DNA from: Octopus sinensis
Lineage: Eukaryota
Assembly (NCBI RefSeq): GCF_006345805.1
Contig: NC_043014.1
Coordinates: forward strand, 45,322,001 to 45,386,000
Direction: 5' to 3'
DNA length: 64,000 nt
The position numbers and the translations under genes were made by a program. The notes under the pieces were generated by a model, which worked only from the letters and a program-made list of their open reading frames with translations, did no database searches and was not told the DNA's origin. This document shows, piece after piece, positions 60,747-64,000 of the stretch. Positions within the stretch are counted from its first letter, which is position 1; every line of letters begins with the position of its first letter.

Positions 60747-61150
60747 CAGAAGTGGCTGTGTGGTAAGTAGCTTGTCTACCAACCACATGGTTCCGGGTTC
60801 AGTCCCACTGCGTGGCACCTTGGGCAAGTGCCTTCTACTATAGCCTCGGGCCGACCAAAGCCTTGTGAGTGAATTTGGTAGATGGAAACTGAAAGAAGCC
60901 CGTCGTATATATGTATATATATATATATGCATGCGTGTGTTTGTGTGTCTGTGTTTGTCCCCTAGCATTGCTTGACAACCGATGCTGGTGTGTTTATGTC
61001 CCCGTTACTTAGCGGTTCAGCAAAAGAGACCGATAGAATAAGTACTGGGCTTACAAAAGAATAAGTCCCGGGGTCGAGTTGCTCGATTAAAGGCGATGCT
61101 CCAGCATGGCCGCAGTCAAATGACTGAAACAAGTAAAAGAGTAAAGAGTA
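60747..61150 (+). mobile_element. SINE family A, near full length
   Basis: Family consensus. Confidence 0.92.
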
Positions 61151-61200
61151 AAATACACAAGGTCTCTGTCCTCAACTCTAACAATGCTGAAAGTTCATAA

Positions 61201-61600
61201 GGCAAAGTAGTGGCTTTGAGGTAAGGAGCTTGCTTACCAACCACATGGTTCCAGGTTCAGTCCCACTGTGTGACACCATGAGCAAGTGTCTTCTGCTAAA
61301 GCCTCTGGCCAACCAAAGCCTTGTGAGTGGATTTGGTAGATGGAAACTGAAGGAAGCCCATCGTGTATGTGTGTACATGTGTCTGTTTGTGTGTCTGCTT
61401 GTGTGTCTGCTTGTCCCGCCACACCACCACTTGACAACTGATGTTGGTGTATCTACATCCCTGTAACTTAGCAGTTCGGCAAAAAGAGACCAATAGAAAA
61501 AGTAAGTACCAGGCTTACAAAAAATAAGTGCTGGAGTCGATTTGTTTGATTAAAGTCGGTGCCCCAGCATGGCCACAGTCAAACAACTGAAACAAGTAAA
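61201..61600 (+). mobile_element. SINE family A, older diverged copy
   Basis: Same layout, more substitutions, short internal microsatellite. Confidence 0.85.
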
Positions 61601-61899
61601 ATAACAGAATATAAATAGTCTAGTCAACAAAACTACAGCTAAGAAAACACCCAACCCATACGAAATATCAAATACCATCATCATTGTCATGGATATTCAC
61701 AGCTTAAGAAATGCCTCCCATATTGGCATTGGTCGAAGAGGTCTAGCTAATCTAGCATTTATTCTGCTCGGTTGCTTGTTATTGTCAGTATGAATTTACC
61801 AGTGATTTCATAATTCAGATGCCTGTGTGTTTTGTGTTTCACCTACGCTACACAGCTTATTCCCCTGGGACGAGGCACGCCTTCCCTTATCATTGTACA

Positions 61900-62125
61900 C
61901 ACATACAGATGTGTGTGTGTGTGTGTGCAAGTATTTATGTATGTATGTATACATACATACATACATACATATATATATACATCTGTATGTATGTATGTAT
62001 ATATATATATACACATACACACATATTTATATATGTATATATATATATATTTGTATACATACATATATTATATATACATACACACATATCTATATATATA
62101 TACATGTATCTGTATATACACACAC

Positions 62126-62174
<49 letters not shown>

Positions 62175-62268
62175 ATATATATATATATGTATGTATATAT
62201 ATATATATATACATACATACATACGCACATCTCTATCTATCTATCTATCTATCAATCTATCATCTATC

Positions 62269-62299
<31 letters not shown>

Positions 62300-62432
62300 T
62301 AACACAACACACACACATATCTATTTATCTATCTATCAATATATATTATACATTTATATATATGTATAGATATATATGTGTGTGTGTGTGTTGTTTATGT
62401 ATATATATATATGTATATATATATATCTATAT

Positions 62433-62463
<31 letters not shown>

Positions 62464-62591
62464 GTGTATATATATACATATATATACATATATACTTATA
62501 TATATAAATATATATAAATACATATATATTTATGTATATATGCATGTATGTAGATATCTATGTATATCTATCTATCTATTTATCTATCTCT

Positions 62592-62626
<35 letters not shown>

Positions 62627-63088
62627 GAGATAGATAGATAGATAAGATTGAGAGAAATAGAGAGTGTATGTGTGCAGTTGGGGGCATACAAATAGCCGCA
62701 TAAACAGAGAAAGCGAAATAGAAAAACAAAACAAACTAAGATGTCTCTAAATACCATTATATAAACATAGGCAGACTGAAAAGGTTGAGATAAAATGTTC
62801 TAAATACAGATTCTGTATGGATAAAGGTAAATAAAAGCAAAAGGTAGAATATATTTAGATGCAACAGCCTAGACCCACATACATGCACATGTGTGTATGT
62901 GTGTGTGTGTGTGTGTATGTGCCTGTGAAAGTGTGTGTTTCTGTTGTGTGCACATGCAAACCAAGATATATTAATCTAAATGTTTATATATATATATACA
63001 TATATATATATTACAACACACATATATATATATATATATATATTATATACAATATATATATACATATATATATATACAACACACACAC

Positions 63089-63119
<31 letters not shown>

Positions 63120-63163
63120 GGTATATATATAGATCGTTTAACATCCATCTTGCATGCATATAT

Positions 63164-63207
<44 letters not shown>

Positions 63208-63250
63208 TATATATATAATTATATATATATAATATATATATATACATATC

Positions 63251-63314
<64 letters not shown>

Positions 63315-63327
63315 TAAGCAATATAGG

Positions 63328-63358
<31 letters not shown>

Positions 63359-63677
63359 CAAACACACACACACACATATATATATATATATTATAATTTA
63401 ACATATATTTACAGGCCTAATGCAGCCTTCTGCTTCCCAGACCCCAGTTGAACCGTCCAACCCATGCTAGCATGGAAAGCGGACACTAAATGATCATGAT
63501 GATGATGATGATGTTCACACACACACATACATTTCATATATAGACAGACAGACAGATAGATAGATAGATAGATATACACATACACATATATATATATAGA
63601 TATATATATATATATACACATACATGTATCATCATCATCATCATTCAGCGTGATGATGATGATGATATATGTATGTG

Positions 63678-63722
<45 letters not shown>

Positions 63723-64000
63723 TGCATATACACACACATACACACACAGACATACACACACACGCACATATGTATGGTATGATGCATGATTTTTCTGAAA
63801 TTTTATAGCACCTCAGTCGTTTATCTGACACCAGAAGTTCATGCCTCATAATGCATACCATACACACAAACAACTGCACCTCCCATGACTACAGGTATAT
63901 ATTAATCTGTTTATATAAGAACGCATGTATACATGCATATACAGTTACGCGCACACACACACAAATACATATAAATTTATATGTGTGTGTATATCTATAT
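61900..64000. repeat. Low-complexity (TA)/(CA)/(TATC)/(TATG) field with a family C tail fragment at ~63415-63515
   Basis: Directly visible. Confidence 0.95.

Noticed and set aside
1-64000. CRISPR arrays, rRNA genes, operons, prokaryotic or viral systems
   Set aside because: No repeat-spacer arrays, rRNA-like sequence or long uninterrupted ORFs; the sequence is eukaryotic and repeat-dominated.

Overview
AT-rich, repeat-dense eukaryotic genomic DNA, most likely from a coleoid cephalopod (Octopus-like; inferred from the tRNA-derived SINE families and the very high microsatellite load). Only one coding exon is confidently recognisable: the first coding exon of a SPA17/Sp17-like RIIa-domain gene (57127-57280, minus strand). 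It has an RFX X-box about 195 bp upstream and probably a GC splice donor. The rest is intron/intergenic sequence filled with: at least four SINE families; LINE relics (CR1, RTE, R4/Dong-like); an internally deleted Gypsy element; a probable solo LTR; TTAA-flanked piggyBac-type MITEs (one nested); hAT MITEs with 8-bp TSDs; three clustered non-autonomous Helitrons; and large microsatellite/minisatellite fields. The most unusual signal is a GGATC-ended, 8-bp-TSD (Merlin-like) DNA transposon family confined to 40.7-58.9 kb. It has formed composite elements carrying non-element DNA (TSDs flank the composites, not the internal units), sits between 96-bp and 234-bp direct duplications, and brackets the SPA17 promoter/first exon in inverted orientation. 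Other notable items are a Penelope-like insert ending at a hammerhead-type GUA site, a telomeric (TTAGGG)n patch replacing 18 bp in one copy of a tandem duplication, a minisatellite whose unexpanded ancestor lies nearby, and several long hairpins. All alignments were done by eye; family names are inferences unless stated otherwise.
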